The position numbers and the translations under genes were made by a program. The notes below the pieces were generated by a model. The model saw only the letters and a program-made list of their open reading frames with translations, searched no databases and was not told the origin of the DNA. This document shows positions 1 through 9,651 of a DNA stretch of 64,000 nt, one piece after another. The DNA comes from an uncultured Chloroflexia bacterium (GTDB lineage Bacteria; Chloroflexota; Limnocylindria; Limnocylindrales; CSP1-4), in contig CAVVJT010000010.1 of NCBI GenBank assembly GCA_963748625.1, positions 704,001 through 768,000 of the forward strand, given 5' to 3'. The first letter of the stretch is position 1, and each line of letters begins with the position of its first letter.

Positions 1-716
1 AGGTGGCTGTAGTACTCGTCCGGGTCAAGCGGCCGTGACGAGAGGTTGGCCCCGTCGTCGCGCTCGCAGTAGTAGTAGACGGGTTCATCCGCATAGACCG
101 AGATCACGCGGGCGCGCAGGTAGGCGGTGGTGACGAGAAGCTCGTCCTCGATCTTGGGCCAGCCCTCCGGGAAGCGGATGCCCTGCTCCCGCAAGAACGC
201 GGTTCGGAACAGCTTGCAGACCGTCAGGTTCGCGATGACCGGCGCGTCGTGCCACGTCCCGACTTGGACCGTCTTGCGGAACAGGTCCCAGGAGACGTTG
301 CGGAAGTTGCTGACCAGCTTGCCGATCACCACGTCCGCGTCGTTGGCACGGGCCATCGCGGCCAGGCGCTCCATGGCGAAGGGCGCGAGGCGATCGTCGG
401 CATCGAGGAAGAAGATGTACGCACCGCCGGCCATGTCCAGCGCGAGGTTGCGCGGCCGTCCGGGGCTACCCGAGGCGGGGATGTGCTCCACGCGGATCCA
501 CGGGTGTGACGCCGCGAGGGCGTCGAGGCGGGCGCCCGATCCGTCGGTGGACCCGTCGTCCACGAAGATCGCCTCAAGCCCGTGGCCTGCGAGCGTCTGC
601 CCGAGCACCGACGAGATGGACCGCTCCAGCGCCGGGCCCGCATTGTGGACAGGCACGATCACCGTGACCGCGGGAGCCGAGGCACGGGCGGACGGGTCGC
701 CGTGGCCGGGCTGCAT
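1..716 (-). CDS. Glycosyltransferase family 2 (partial, runs off left edge)
   Basis: Manual translation from ATG 716: VTVIVPVHN...IFVDDGSTDGS...PRNLALDMAGGAYIFFLDADD, typical GT2 motifs; absent from ORF track because no stop in window. Confidence 0.9.
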   Translation of the reverse strand, partial: MQPGHGDPSARASAPAVTVIVPVHNAGPALERSISSVLGQTLAGHGLEAIFVDDGSTDGSGARLDALAASHPWIRVEHIPASGSPGRPRNLALDMAGGAYIFFLDADDRLAPFAMERLAAMARANDADVVIGKLVSNFRNVSWDLFRKTVQVGTWHDAPVIANLTVCKLFRTAFLREQGIRFPEGWPKIEDELLVTTAYLRARVISVYADEPVYYYCERDDGANLSSRPLDPDEYYSH

Positions 717-801
717 CGGGGGGTCTCCGCTGGCGGGCTTGGACCTACAGCCTAGCGCGGGCGACGCACCGCGGCCGGGTCCGCTGGGGCACACTGCAGG
801 C

Positions 802-1743
802 ATGCCTACCAGGATCATCCTCGACGTTGACACGGGCACCGACGACGCGGTCGCCCTGATGACTGCCGCCCTCTCGCCGGACATCGAGCTCGTGGGCGCG
901 ACGGTCGTGAATGGCAACACCGTGCTGGACTCGTGCGTGGAGAACACGCTGCGCGTGTTCGAGTGGATCGGGATGCCGGAGGTGCCCGTGTTCCGCGGTA
1001 TGTCCCGGCCCCTGGCCCGCCCGCAGATGACGCAGGTCAACCCGGCAACGCGGATCCACGGCGACAAGCTGGACCTGCCCGAGGCAACGATCAAGGCCCG
1101 GGACCAGCACGCGGTGGACTGGCTGATCGACACGTACCTCGCGTCGGACGGCGACATCACGCTGGTCCCGGTGGGCCCCCTCACGAACATCGCCACCGCG
1201 ATGCAGAAGGAGCCGCGGATCCTGGAGCGGATCCCGGAGATCGTGATCATGGGCGGGGCGCACGACCACGGGAACTCCACGGCATCGGCCGAGTTCAACA
1301 TCTGGCTGGACCCCGAGGCGGCCCGGATCGTGGTCAACAGCGGCCGGCCGATCCGGATGGTCCCGCTCGACGCGACGCACCGCGCGCTGGTCTCCACCGA
1401 CGATGCGCTCGGGCTGCGGGCGCTGGGCACGCCTGCCGGCGAGGCCGCCGCCCGCTTCATCCTCAAGCGGATCGAGGGCTACGACGCCACCCAGCCGATG
1501 CATCGCGCGGGCGCTGCACCAGTGCACGACGCGCTCGCGGTGTGCGCCGTGATCGACCCGTCGATCCTGGAGACGCACTTCATCCCGGTGGACGTGGAGA
1601 CAGGCGGGGAGCTGTCCGCGGGTCGCACGGTGTGCGACTTCCGGTTCCGCAGCCGCAAGCCCGCCAATGTGCACTTCGCGATGGACGCGGACGAGCCCAA
1701 GTTCGTGCGGATGCTCACGGAGATCCTCGGCCGGACGGCCTGA
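802..1743 (+). CDS. Inosine/uridine-preferring nucleoside hydrolase
   Basis: DVDTGTDD, GPLTNIA, AEFNIWLDPEAA, HDALAV motifs; start trimmed to ATG 802. Confidence 0.93.
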   Translation: MPTRIILDVDTGTDDAVALMTAALSPDIELVGATVVNGNTVLDSCVENTLRVFEWIGMPEVPVFRGMSRPLARPQMTQVNPATRIHGDKLDLPEATIKARDQHAVDWLIDTYLASDGDITLVPVGPLTNIATAMQKEPRILERIPEIVIMGGAHDHGNSTASAEFNIWLDPEAARIVVNSGRPIRMVPLDATHRALVSTDDALGLRALGTPAGEAAARFILKRIEGYDATQPMHRAGAAPVHDALAVCAVIDPSILETHFIPVDVETGGELSAGRTVCDFRFRSRKPANVHFAMDADEPKFVRMLTEILGRTA

Positions 1744-1786
1744 GGGTCTGAGCGTCCGGACGGCCCAAGCGTCCGGACGGCCTGAG
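1731..1786. repeat. Short direct repeats CCGGACGGCC x3 (AGCGTCCGGACGGCC x2)
   Basis: Copies at 1731, 1756, 1773 between convergent genes. Confidence 0.6.
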
Positions 1787-1814
1787 CCGCGGATCCGGCA
1801 GAGGCCCCAGGGAA

Positions 1815-3224
1815 CTACGGGCCGAGGTGGTAGCCCATCCGACGGGGCAGCCTCGCGAGCTTGTCGGTCACGGGGTCCACGGAGCCGCGGGCGTCCAGCT
1901 CGTCGTCGCGGCGCACGGTGGCCGCGTTGACGATGGCCGCGCCGACACTCCGGAATGGCTCGGGCGGGAAGTGGCGAGGCTCGCGGTCCACCAGTGGAAG
2001 CCTCGTGTCGGCCGTCTCCTGGCCCAGGGCAAGCGCAGCCATGACCTTGCCCATGAGGTGGCTCGGGCCGACGCCGTTGCCGGTGTAGCCCAGGGCGTAG
2101 TGGATCCGCGCGCCGCCGAAGCTGCCCGCGAAGGGCTGGTGGTCGGTGGCGACGTCGATCGGGCCGCCCCAGCGGGCCTCGATGGGCACGTCCCGGAACC
2201 CAGGGAAGAACCGGTGGATCGCCTCGATCGCGTGCCGGGTGCCGGTCTCGTCCGCATCGAATGCCGTGCCGACCCTGCCCGAGAACGTGCCCCGTTCGCC
2301 GCCGACACCCAGCGCGATGCGCCCGTCCGGCGTGGTCCGCAGGTAGCGCAGCGCGGCGCGGTAGTCGTAGATGGAGACCCCGGTGGTCCAGTTGATCTCG
2401 GCGAGGCGCTCGGGCGCGGGAGCGGTGATCGCCATGTAGGAGCCCCGGGCCACGATGCGGCTGCCGAACCGCTTGGTCGCGGCGGCCCAGGCGTTGATCG
2501 CGAGGATCGCCTGCGGGGCACGAACCGACCCGTGCGCCGTGGTCGCCACGACCGGATCGCCGGGCGCGAGGCGCATCACCGGCGAGTGCTCGTAGACCTG
2601 CACCCCCGCGTCCATGATCACGCGGCGCAACCCGCGGGCGAGGCGAGCGGGCTGGACCGTGCCGCCATCCTCGACGAGGTGGCCGCCCTCGAACACCGGG
2701 GAGGAGCAGTAGCCGGCCAGCTCGGCACGCGACAGGATGCGGTAGTGCCCCTCGATCCCCAGCGCGCGGGCCGTCTCGACCGGCTCCTCCCAGCCACCCG
2801 CCTGGCGTGGCGCGGATGCAACCCCGATGTAGCCGTCGCGCTTGTACCAGGCGTCAACCCCGTGGTCGGTCATCCAGGCCTCGAGCTCGTCGATCGTCCG
2901 GGCGCCGGCATCGATCACGGCCAGGGCACCCTCGCGGCCGAACAGCTCGAGCAAGGTGCCCGCGTGATCGTAGAAGCCGTTGATGAAGCCGCCGTTGCGA
3001 CCCGACGGCCCGAAGCCGCACTCGTCCCGCTCGATGAGCACGACGCGGATGCCGGGCTGCCGCTGCACCAGTTGCCAGGCCGCCCACATCCCCGTGTAGC
3101 CGCCGCCCACGATGACGACGTCGGCCTCGATGTCGAGGCCCAGGACCGGTGCGGGCTCGCCCCGGAACTCCGGGTGCCCGAGGGCCTCCTTGAGCCACCA
3201 ACAGGTCTGTGCAATCTCGCTCAT
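1815..3224 (-). CDS. FAD-dependent oxidoreductase, DAO/PuuB-like
   Basis: DVVIVGGGYTG, GPSGRNGGF, GYTGNGV; start ATG 3224. Confidence 0.88.
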   Translation of the reverse strand: MSEIAQTCWWLKEALGHPEFRGEPAPVLGLDIEADVVIVGGGYTGMWAAWQLVQRQPGIRVVLIERDECGFGPSGRNGGFINGFYDHAGTLLELFGREGALAVIDAGARTIDELEAWMTDHGVDAWYKRDGYIGVASAPRQAGGWEEPVETARALGIEGHYRILSRAELAGYCSSPVFEGGHLVEDGGTVQPARLARGLRRVIMDAGVQVYEHSPVMRLAPGDPVVATTAHGSVRAPQAILAINAWAAATKRFGSRIVARGSYMAITAPAPERLAEINWTTGVSIYDYRAALRYLRTTPDGRIALGVGGERGTFSGRVGTAFDADETGTRHAIEAIHRFFPGFRDVPIEARWGGPIDVATDHQPFAGSFGGARIHYALGYTGNGVGPSHLMGKVMAALALGQETADTRLPLVDREPRHFPPEPFRSVGAAIVNAATVRRDDELDARGSVDPVTDKLARLPRRMGYHLGP

Positions 3225-3366
3225 GCGTTGCAGCCTACGCCTCCGGGCGCCCGCCAGGTGCCGTTGTTCCGACCAGGCGGCAGTGCGTGGCGCGGAGCCG
3301 CGACGCGGCGTTTCGGAAATTGCGGCACCATGGCGCGACGAATTCACCTTGGAGGGGTACTCACCT

Positions 3367-4212
3367 ATGCGCTCAACCCGGATCCTGCTGGCCTCGCTTG
3401 CGGCCGCCAGCGTCATCGTCGCCGCCTGTGGCTCCGGCACCACGACGGCCCCGTCCCAGGCACCGCAGGCCACGAACCTGCCCGCCCCGACCGTCAACCC
3501 CGATGCGGCCACGCTGACCGACGGCACCTGGAACCTGGTGACGTTCAGCCCGGACGCCAGCATCACCATCGGGGGCGACCTCAACCCGACGATCAACTTC
3601 ACCGCCGACGGCAAGGTCTCCGGTGTCGCCGCCTGCAACCAGTACACGAGCACCTACACGGTGGACGGCGACGCCCTGACGATCCAGCCTGCCGCGATGA
3701 CCGCGATGGCCTGCGCAACCGACGTGCAGTCCAAGTTCGAGACTGCCTACCTTGACGCACTGACCAAGGTGCGTGCGTTCGTGATCGACCTCGCCGGGGA
3801 CGTGAACACGCTGACCCTGGGCGACGAGAGCGGCACCACGCTCATGCGCTACACGCTGGGCTCGACCACGATCGCCGGGGATTGGACCGCGACGGGGATC
3901 AACAACGGCAAGGAGGCCGTGGTGAGCGTCGCCAGCGGCTCAACGGTGACCATGACCCTTGGCGAGGACGGCAGCGTCACCGGCAACGCGACCTGCAACA
4001 CCTACAACGGGACGTACGAGCTCGACGGGGACAAGATCACGTTCGGCCCGATGATGTCCACCAAGATGGCGTGCGAGTCCGACGAGCTGAATGCGCAGGA
4101 GCAGGCCTACCTCATGGCGCTCGACAACACCACGACGTGGGAGCTCGCGAACGGCGTGCTCACGTTCCGCGACGATGCGGGCGCCATGCAGGCGACGTAC
4201 GCCGCCAAGTAG
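3367..4212 (+). CDS. Lipoprotein with two META (HslJ-like) domains
   Basis: GGAGG RBS, lipobox VAAC, two repeats G..CN.Y...Y..DGD....T.MAC....E.AYL.AL. Confidence 0.88.
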   Translation: MRSTRILLASLAAASVIVAACGSGTTTAPSQAPQATNLPAPTVNPDAATLTDGTWNLVTFSPDASITIGGDLNPTINFTADGKVSGVAACNQYTSTYTVDGDALTIQPAAMTAMACATDVQSKFETAYLDALTKVRAFVIDLAGDVNTLTLGDESGTTLMRYTLGSTTIAGDWTATGINNGKEAVVSVASGSTVTMTLGEDGSVTGNATCNTYNGTYELDGDKITFGPMMSTKMACESDELNAQEQAYLMALDNTTTWELANGVLTFRDDAGAMQATYAAK

Positions 4213-4257
4213 CCGCCCATCCGGCCGGGGTTTCGACCCGGGCCCGCAGCATGCACG

Positions 4258-4297
4258 ACCGCCCGATCGTCAGGCCGACGATCGGGCGGTTTCCTTT
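4258..4297 (+). terminator. Intrinsic terminator after META gene
   Basis: 14-bp stem ACCGCCCGATCGTC/GACGATCGGGCGGT then TTCCTTT. Confidence 0.75.
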
Positions 4298-4328
4298 CCG
4301 GCCACGGCGTCAGGCACCGGACATGCAA

Positions 4329-4354
4329 CGACCCCGGAGATGACTCCGGGGTCG
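4329..4354 (-). terminator. Hairpin downstream of tRNA pair
   Basis: 11-bp stem CGACCCCGGAG/CTCCGGGGTCG, 4-nt loop. Confidence 0.6.
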
Positions 4355-4370
4355 ACGTGTGTTCAAGGAA

Positions 4371-4446
4371 TGGCGCGCCCGGCGGGACTCGAACCCACGA
4401 CCTTTAGGTCCGCAACCTAACGCTCTATCCGCTGAGCTACGGGCGC
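4371..4446 (-). tRNA. tRNA-Arg (anticodon GCG)
   Basis: GCGCCCGTAGCTCAGCGGATAGAGCG-TTAGG-TTGCGGA-CCTAA-AGGTCGTGGGTTCGAGTCCCGCCGGGCGCGCCA, 76 nt with CCA. Confidence 0.95.
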
Positions 4447-4455
4447 CTGTATGAC

Positions 4456-4547
<92 letters not shown>

Positions 4548-4561
4548 GTGCAGCGCCGGGG

Positions 4562-4570
4562 ATCATAGCA
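4562..4570 (-). promoter_or_regulatory. Extended -10 promoter for tRNA-Ser/Arg
   Basis: TGCTATGAT 14 nt upstream of tRNA-Ser. Confidence 0.6.
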
Positions 4571-4602
4571 GGATCGTCGAGCTGGACGCCGCGGCAGCGG
4601 GA

Positions 4603-4696
4603 CGCCGCAGCCGTTCCTGCCCGGCGCCGGAGCCGTTCCTGCCCGGCGCCGCAGCCGTTCCTGCCCGGCGCCGCAGCCGTTCCTGCCCGGCGCCGC
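4603..4696. repeat. Tandem repeat, 22-bp unit x4
   Basis: CGCCG(C/G)AGCCGTTCCTGCCCGG at 4603, 4625, 4647, 4669, no spacers. Confidence 0.92.
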
Positions 4697-5012
4697 CCCC
4701 GCGCCACCAGTGCGGCCCTGCCGCCCGGCGTGCCCTGCCGCCCGGCGGGCCTTGTGAGCGGAAGTGCGCACGTTGAGGCCGCCAGGCGGGACGATCGGCC
4801 CGAAACCGGGCGGACGCGGCCCGACCTGCCCGCTCGGCGGTGGGGCTGCGCGGAATCCCGCACGCAGGGCCCGCTGGACGGGAGCCGGACCTGACCCCGC
4901 ATCGGGGCCCATGCCCGGCCACCACGAAACGAAGGGATGAACCCGGCAGGAGCCTGTCGGGGGCTCGGCCGCTGCCCGTGGGCAGACTTGACGGAATACG
5001 GCATGATTTCCG

Positions 5013-5057
5013 CCGCAACAACCTCGGGCCATACGCACCGCAACAACCTCGGGCCAT
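5013..5057. repeat. 20-bp direct repeat CCGCAACAACCTCGGGCCAT
   Basis: Copies at 5013-5032 and 5038-5057. Confidence 0.85.
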
Positions 5058-5083
5058 TCCCGCCCCCGCACGCCAGGACTCCG

Positions 5084-7030
5084 TTGACCGACTCCGCCCC
5101 CGACGCCCAGTCCGCCTCGTCGCCGGACGCTGCCCCTGCCGCTGCCGACCTCACGGCGCCTGCCGAACCGGTCGTGCCGGTCAAGCCCGTCGGCGCGATC
5201 GATCCGGCCCCTGCGGTCCGACGGCCGGGTCACCACCGCAAGCGTCGCTGGGTGCTGGTTGGGTTCCTTGTCCTGCTGGTGCTCCTCGCGCTCGGCGCTG
5301 GCGGTGCCGCGGCGGGTGCCGCGACGTGGGATGCCGGCTACGCGGAGCGGGTGCTGCCCGGCGTGACGGCCGGCGGGGTGGACCTCTCGGATATGACGCG
5401 CGACGAGGCGATCGCCGCGCTGGAGGCCGCGTACCCCGTTGACCAGGGCAGCGTGGTGCTGCAGACGCCGGCGGGCGACATCGAGATCACGTACGCCAGC
5501 GTGGGCCGGAGCGTGGACGCGGCTGCTGTGGTGGACGAGGCGCTCGCAATGGGCAAGGCGGGTGACCTGCCGACAAGGCTCCCGGAGGAGATCAGGATCG
5601 CGCTCGACGGGGCGACGCTCCCCGCGCCCGAGCTCCGGCTCGATGAGGCGGCGCTCGAGACGGCCATCCGCGATGCGCTCGCGCCCATGGCCGTCGCCCC
5701 CGTCAGCGCAACCGTCACCATGACGCCCGAGGGTCCCGTGACGACCCCGGCCGCCGAGGGCAGCAGCGTGGACCCGGAGCCCGCGGTCGCAGTCGCCCTG
5801 GCGGCCCTGCGCCGGATGGACGCCCCTGCCACCGTGAGCATCCCCGTCGAGCCGACCCAGCTGGAGCCTGGCGTCACCGATGCCGAGGTCGCCGAGGCGA
5901 TCGCTGCCGCCGAGCGCCTGGCGGGCGACGTCCAGCTCAAGTTCAAGAAGAAGACCTGGACTATCAAGGCGCCGACGGTGCAGACGTGGATCTCCTTCAC
6001 CGGCGGGGACGAGTCGGTCCGCCCGCAGGTGGATGCGACCAGGATCCCCGAGGCGAAGGCCTTCACGAAGGCCCGCAAGACGGTCAAGGAGAAGCCCCAG
6101 TCCGCGGTCTTCCTGCGCACCAAGTCCGGCAAGATCTTCGGTGTGGCGCCCGGCGCCTACGGCCGCAAGCTGGACCCGGCGGGCACCGCCGACCGCGTTG
6201 TCGCCGAGCTCGCCTCTCGCCTGACCGGGGCCAAGCCCGCGGCCGTGAAGGTCGCGATGGTGGACGTGGAGCCGGAGGTCACCACCGAGGAGGCCGGCAA
6301 GAAGGCTCCGGTGATGACCAGGCTCGGGACATGGACCACGTGGTTCACGATCTCGGACCGCAACTACTTCGGCGCCAACATCTGGAAGCCCGCCCAGTAC
6401 ATCAACGGCACCGTCCTGCGGCCCGGCCAGTCGTTCGAGTGGTGGAGCGCCATCGGCCCGGTCACCTCCGCGCGCGGCTTCGGCGCCGGCGGCGTCATCC
6501 GCGGCAGCTACACCGATCCGACGGGCGCCATGGGCGGCGGCATGTGCTCGAGCTCCACGACGCTGTTCAACGCCGCACTGCGCGCCGGCCTGCGCATGGG
6601 CGCGCGCGACAACCACAAGTACTACATCAGCCGCTATCCGCTCGGCCTGGACGCGACAGTCTGGATCATGGGCGGCGGGGTGCAGTCGATGACGTTCACG
6701 AACGACATGCCCACGCCGATCCTGATCCGCGGACTCCGCACCCGCAGCGGCGGCACGGGCTACGTGACGTACGAGATCTGGGGCAAGCCCGACGGGCGCA
6801 AGGTCAGCATCAGCCGGCCCAGCGTCAGCAATGTCGTGAAGGCCACCACCCGCACCGAGTACACCGACGACCTGCCCAAGGGCCAGCGGATGCAGGTGGA
6901 GTACCCGGCCAACCAGATGGATGTCGCCGTGACACGGGTGGTGCGCAACGCCAAGGGCAACGTCATCCACAACGAGACCTGGCGGACGCACTACATCCGC
7001 TGGGACGGCCTGATCCAGGTGGGCCGCTGA
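5084..7030 (+). CDS. VanW-family membrane-anchored protein (PG-binding repeats + VanW + G5-like C-terminus)
   Basis: N-terminal TM, GVTAGGVDLS, INGTVLRPGQSF, GGGMCSSSTTLFNAALRAGL, YPLGLDATV; TTG 5084 after AGGA chosen as start. Confidence 0.85.
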   Translation: MTDSAPDAQSASSPDAAPAAADLTAPAEPVVPVKPVGAIDPAPAVRRPGHHRKRRWVLVGFLVLLVLLALGAGGAAAGAATWDAGYAERVLPGVTAGGVDLSDMTRDEAIAALEAAYPVDQGSVVLQTPAGDIEITYASVGRSVDAAAVVDEALAMGKAGDLPTRLPEEIRIALDGATLPAPELRLDEAALETAIRDALAPMAVAPVSATVTMTPEGPVTTPAAEGSSVDPEPAVAVALAALRRMDAPATVSIPVEPTQLEPGVTDAEVAEAIAAAERLAGDVQLKFKKKTWTIKAPTVQTWISFTGGDESVRPQVDATRIPEAKAFTKARKTVKEKPQSAVFLRTKSGKIFGVAPGAYGRKLDPAGTADRVVAELASRLTGAKPAAVKVAMVDVEPEVTTEEAGKKAPVMTRLGTWTTWFTISDRNYFGANIWKPAQYINGTVLRPGQSFEWWSAIGPVTSARGFGAGGVIRGSYTDPTGAMGGGMCSSSTTLFNAALRAGLRMGARDNHKYYISRYPLGLDATVWIMGGGVQSMTFTNDMPTPILIRGLRTRSGGTGYVTYEIWGKPDGRKVSISRPSVSNVVKATTRTEYTDDLPKGQRMQVEYPANQMDVAVTRVVRNAKGNVIHNETWRTHYIRWDGLIQVGR

Positions 7031-7048
7031 CGCTGTCAACGGCGGCGG

Positions 7049-8910
7049 CTACGGCGATGGCTGGGGCGTCGCGTCGATCGGCATGAAGTGGTTGGGCGAG
7101 GCGGGCGACTGCGGCGGGTCCAGGCGTCCGACCACCTGCCAGCTCCGCGCCGCCTCCGGGTCCGGCGCGTTGGGGTTCCGCAGGAGGCGCACGAGGTACG
7201 TGCCACGCTGGGGTGCCGGGACGGCGGCGTCGGGAAGCGGTGACGGGGCGTACTGGCTGTAGGCGCTGTACTGCACGCGGATCGCCGGGGATGGCTGCTC
7301 GTCCGAGATGGCCCCGTCCGTGAGTTGCGTCGCCTGGACCTCATCGCGCGTGAGCCATGCGGGCGGACACGTCACGAACGCGGTGTCCGTGAGGCCCTCC
7401 ACACCGATCTGCAGAAGGCAGTGCTGGAGCGGCCCGGCAACGAGCCAGCCATCCACGGCGACGGTCACCGGCCCGCGGGGCATCATCCCGAGGTCCTCGA
7501 GGACCGCGACCTCTGCCGTGAAGCCGCCGTCCTCGGCGAAGGAGCCGAGCCAGCCGAGGTATTCGAGTCCGACCGGGAGGACCCGGAACGCCAGGGGTCC
7601 GTCCAGCATGAACGACGACTCTGGGTCGAGCTGTGCCGCCGTTATGTCGGCCATGGTGACCTGCTCGGTCGTGCCGGCCAGGTCCCATTGGTTGCATGGT
7701 GCCGGGTTGCGCCCGCACGCTCGCTGATTGGCGAGAACCTTGCCCTCGACGAAGACGACCCTGCCGAGGAGCGCGTCGCGGTCGGCGCTGAGCTGGGCTC
7801 CCAGTTCCGCGGGCAACTGGATGGAGACGAGGTCCGCCGGCGCGGTCGTGGGCGCAGACGACTGCGTCACGCCGGGGTCGGGCAGCGCGTCCAGGCGGCC
7901 CACCACCAGCCAGCCGCGGCATCCCTCGCAGCCCTTGGTCTCGGCGGTGACCAGGCGGACGAGGTAGAGGCCGCGGCGCGGCTCATCGTTGCCGCCGACT
8001 CCCGGGCTGACCGGCGACGGAGCGAACTCCCGGTACGCACCGTACTGCACGAGGACCGCCGTGTCGGGGATGTCCATGCGCCCGCCGTTCTCGCCCTCGG
8101 GCGTCGCCGGCAGCACCGGCGCATCAGCGAGGAACGCACGGAGGCCGGGGCAGTCGAAGGGGGCCGGGGCTGCTCCGGGAAGACCGGACCGCAGGACGGC
8201 AGGTTGACGCCCGCCAGCCACGCGTCCACGGCGACGACGCGCCCGTCGGGGGTGGCCGACTCGAGCGCCTTGAGGCCGGCCACGTCAACGGCGCCCGTCA
8301 CTCCATCGGCCAGGTCCACGTGGCCGAGGAGCTCGAGCGGGCCGGACGCCGCGATGCGCAGGGCGACGGGACCGCGCAGCTCCGTGGCGGTCAGCGGGAT
8401 CGGCTTGATGCGCTCCCGCTCGGCCACCGCCGCCCGGCCGATGTCCGGGTCGAGCCCCTCGACGACCCCGACCTCCGTGCAGAGGGTCCCCGGGTCGCTA
8501 TCGCAAGCGATCCAAGGCGTGCCGCCGGGCGGGATGATCCCAGCCGACGTCACGACCGTCCGCGGTGCAAGGTCGCCCGCTCGCACCGCCAGGATCACCG
8601 CCTCGAGGGCGGCCGCATCGAGCACCTCCACCACTGCCGGGGGTTCGGACGCGGGCTGCCCGGAGGGTGTGGCAGTCGCCGCAGGCCCGGGCTGCAGCGC
8701 GGGGATGCCGACGGTGACGGCCAGGGCCGTCACGGCCACGGCGGCCGCCACGAGGGCCAGCACGCCGCGCCACGAGCGCCCCGCCCGGGTGCCGGCGTCC
8801 GCCTCATCGGTCGGGAGGGAGGCCAGCATCGCCCGAAGGGTGTCCGGCGCATCGGGCAGTGGCGCCCCGTGAAGCGCGTCCCGCAGCCGGCGCTCGCGGT
8901 CGTCGCTCAT
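7049..8910 (-). CDS. Putative anti-sigma factor, one TM, duplicated extracytoplasmic domain; frameshift near 8170
   Basis: ATGA overlap with sigma stop; ORFs 7867-8910 and 7049-8221 join by adding one C (PEQP-PAPFDC). Confidence 0.65.
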
Positions 8911-9473
8911 GGCCGCTCCCCTTCCCCATCGAGCACCGGCCCGAGCCGCCCCAGCGCCCGGTGCAGCCTGGACTTCACGGTCCCGATCGGCCAGCCGGTC
9001 CGCACGGCCACGTCGGCCAGCGTCAGGTCGGCCCAGTAGTGGAGGACCACGACCACCCGTTCATCGGGCTCCAGGACCGCGAGCGCCCGGAGCGCGGCGT
9101 CCCGCTCCAGCACGTCCCGGAACGGATCGGCGACGGTCCCGCCGTGCGCTTCCCCGTCAAGCTCGATGAAGCGGATCCTCCCCGCACGGCGCAGGCGGTC
9201 ACGGCAGACGTTCACCAGGATTCGGTCGAACCAGGGTTCAAAGCCCGCCGGGTCTCGCAGGGACCCAAGGCCGCGCCACGCCCGCAGGAGCGCCTCCTGC
9301 ACCGCGTCCTCGGCGTCGGCGCGCCTGCCGAGCAGGAGACCGGCCAGCCGGTAGGCGCGGTCGAGCCCGCGGTCCGCCTGCCGCAGGAACCGTTCCCGGG
9401 CGGCATCGCCCCCAGAGGTTTCCAGCGTCCTCTCCCATCGGCTGCCGGGACGCACCAGCGCGAGTGCTCGCAT
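8907..9473 (-). CDS. ECF sigma-70 factor
   Basis: DAEDAVQEALLRAW, WFDRILVNVCRD, GTVKSRLHRA; exact start uncertain. Confidence 0.93.
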   Translation of the reverse strand: MRALALVRPGSRWERTLETSGGDAARERFLRQADRGLDRAYRLAGLLLGRRADAEDAVQEALLRAWRGLGSLRDPAGFEPWFDRILVNVCRDRLRRAGRIRFIELDGEAHGGTVADPFRDVLERDAALRALAVLEPDERVVVVLHYWADLTLADVAVRTGWPIGTVKSRLHRALGRLGPVLDGEGERP

Positions 9474-9484
9474 CGTACCCATCC

Positions 9485-9510
9485 AGACGACTGGCGGACC
9501 GGAACGGTTC
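9485..9510 (-). promoter_or_regulatory. ECF-type (autoregulatory) promoter
   Basis: GAACC-N16-CGTCT immediately upstream of sigma ATG. Confidence 0.6.
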
Positions 9511-9651
9511 TCGGGCGAGCCGGACCAGCTTCCAGGGCGACCCGGACTCCACCGGCACGGACGCCCTGACAGCCTGCGGGTTCGAACCCGATACTCCCCC
9601 CATGCCGAAGCACACCGATCCCGCCCGCGGGCTATTCCCGGTCTCCCGGAC

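Noticed and set aside
4603-4696. CRISPR array
   Set aside because: Units are head-to-tail with no spacers; no cas genes
5084-7030. Vancomycin-resistance locus
   Set aside because: VanW-domain proteins are widespread; no vanHAX or vanRS nearby
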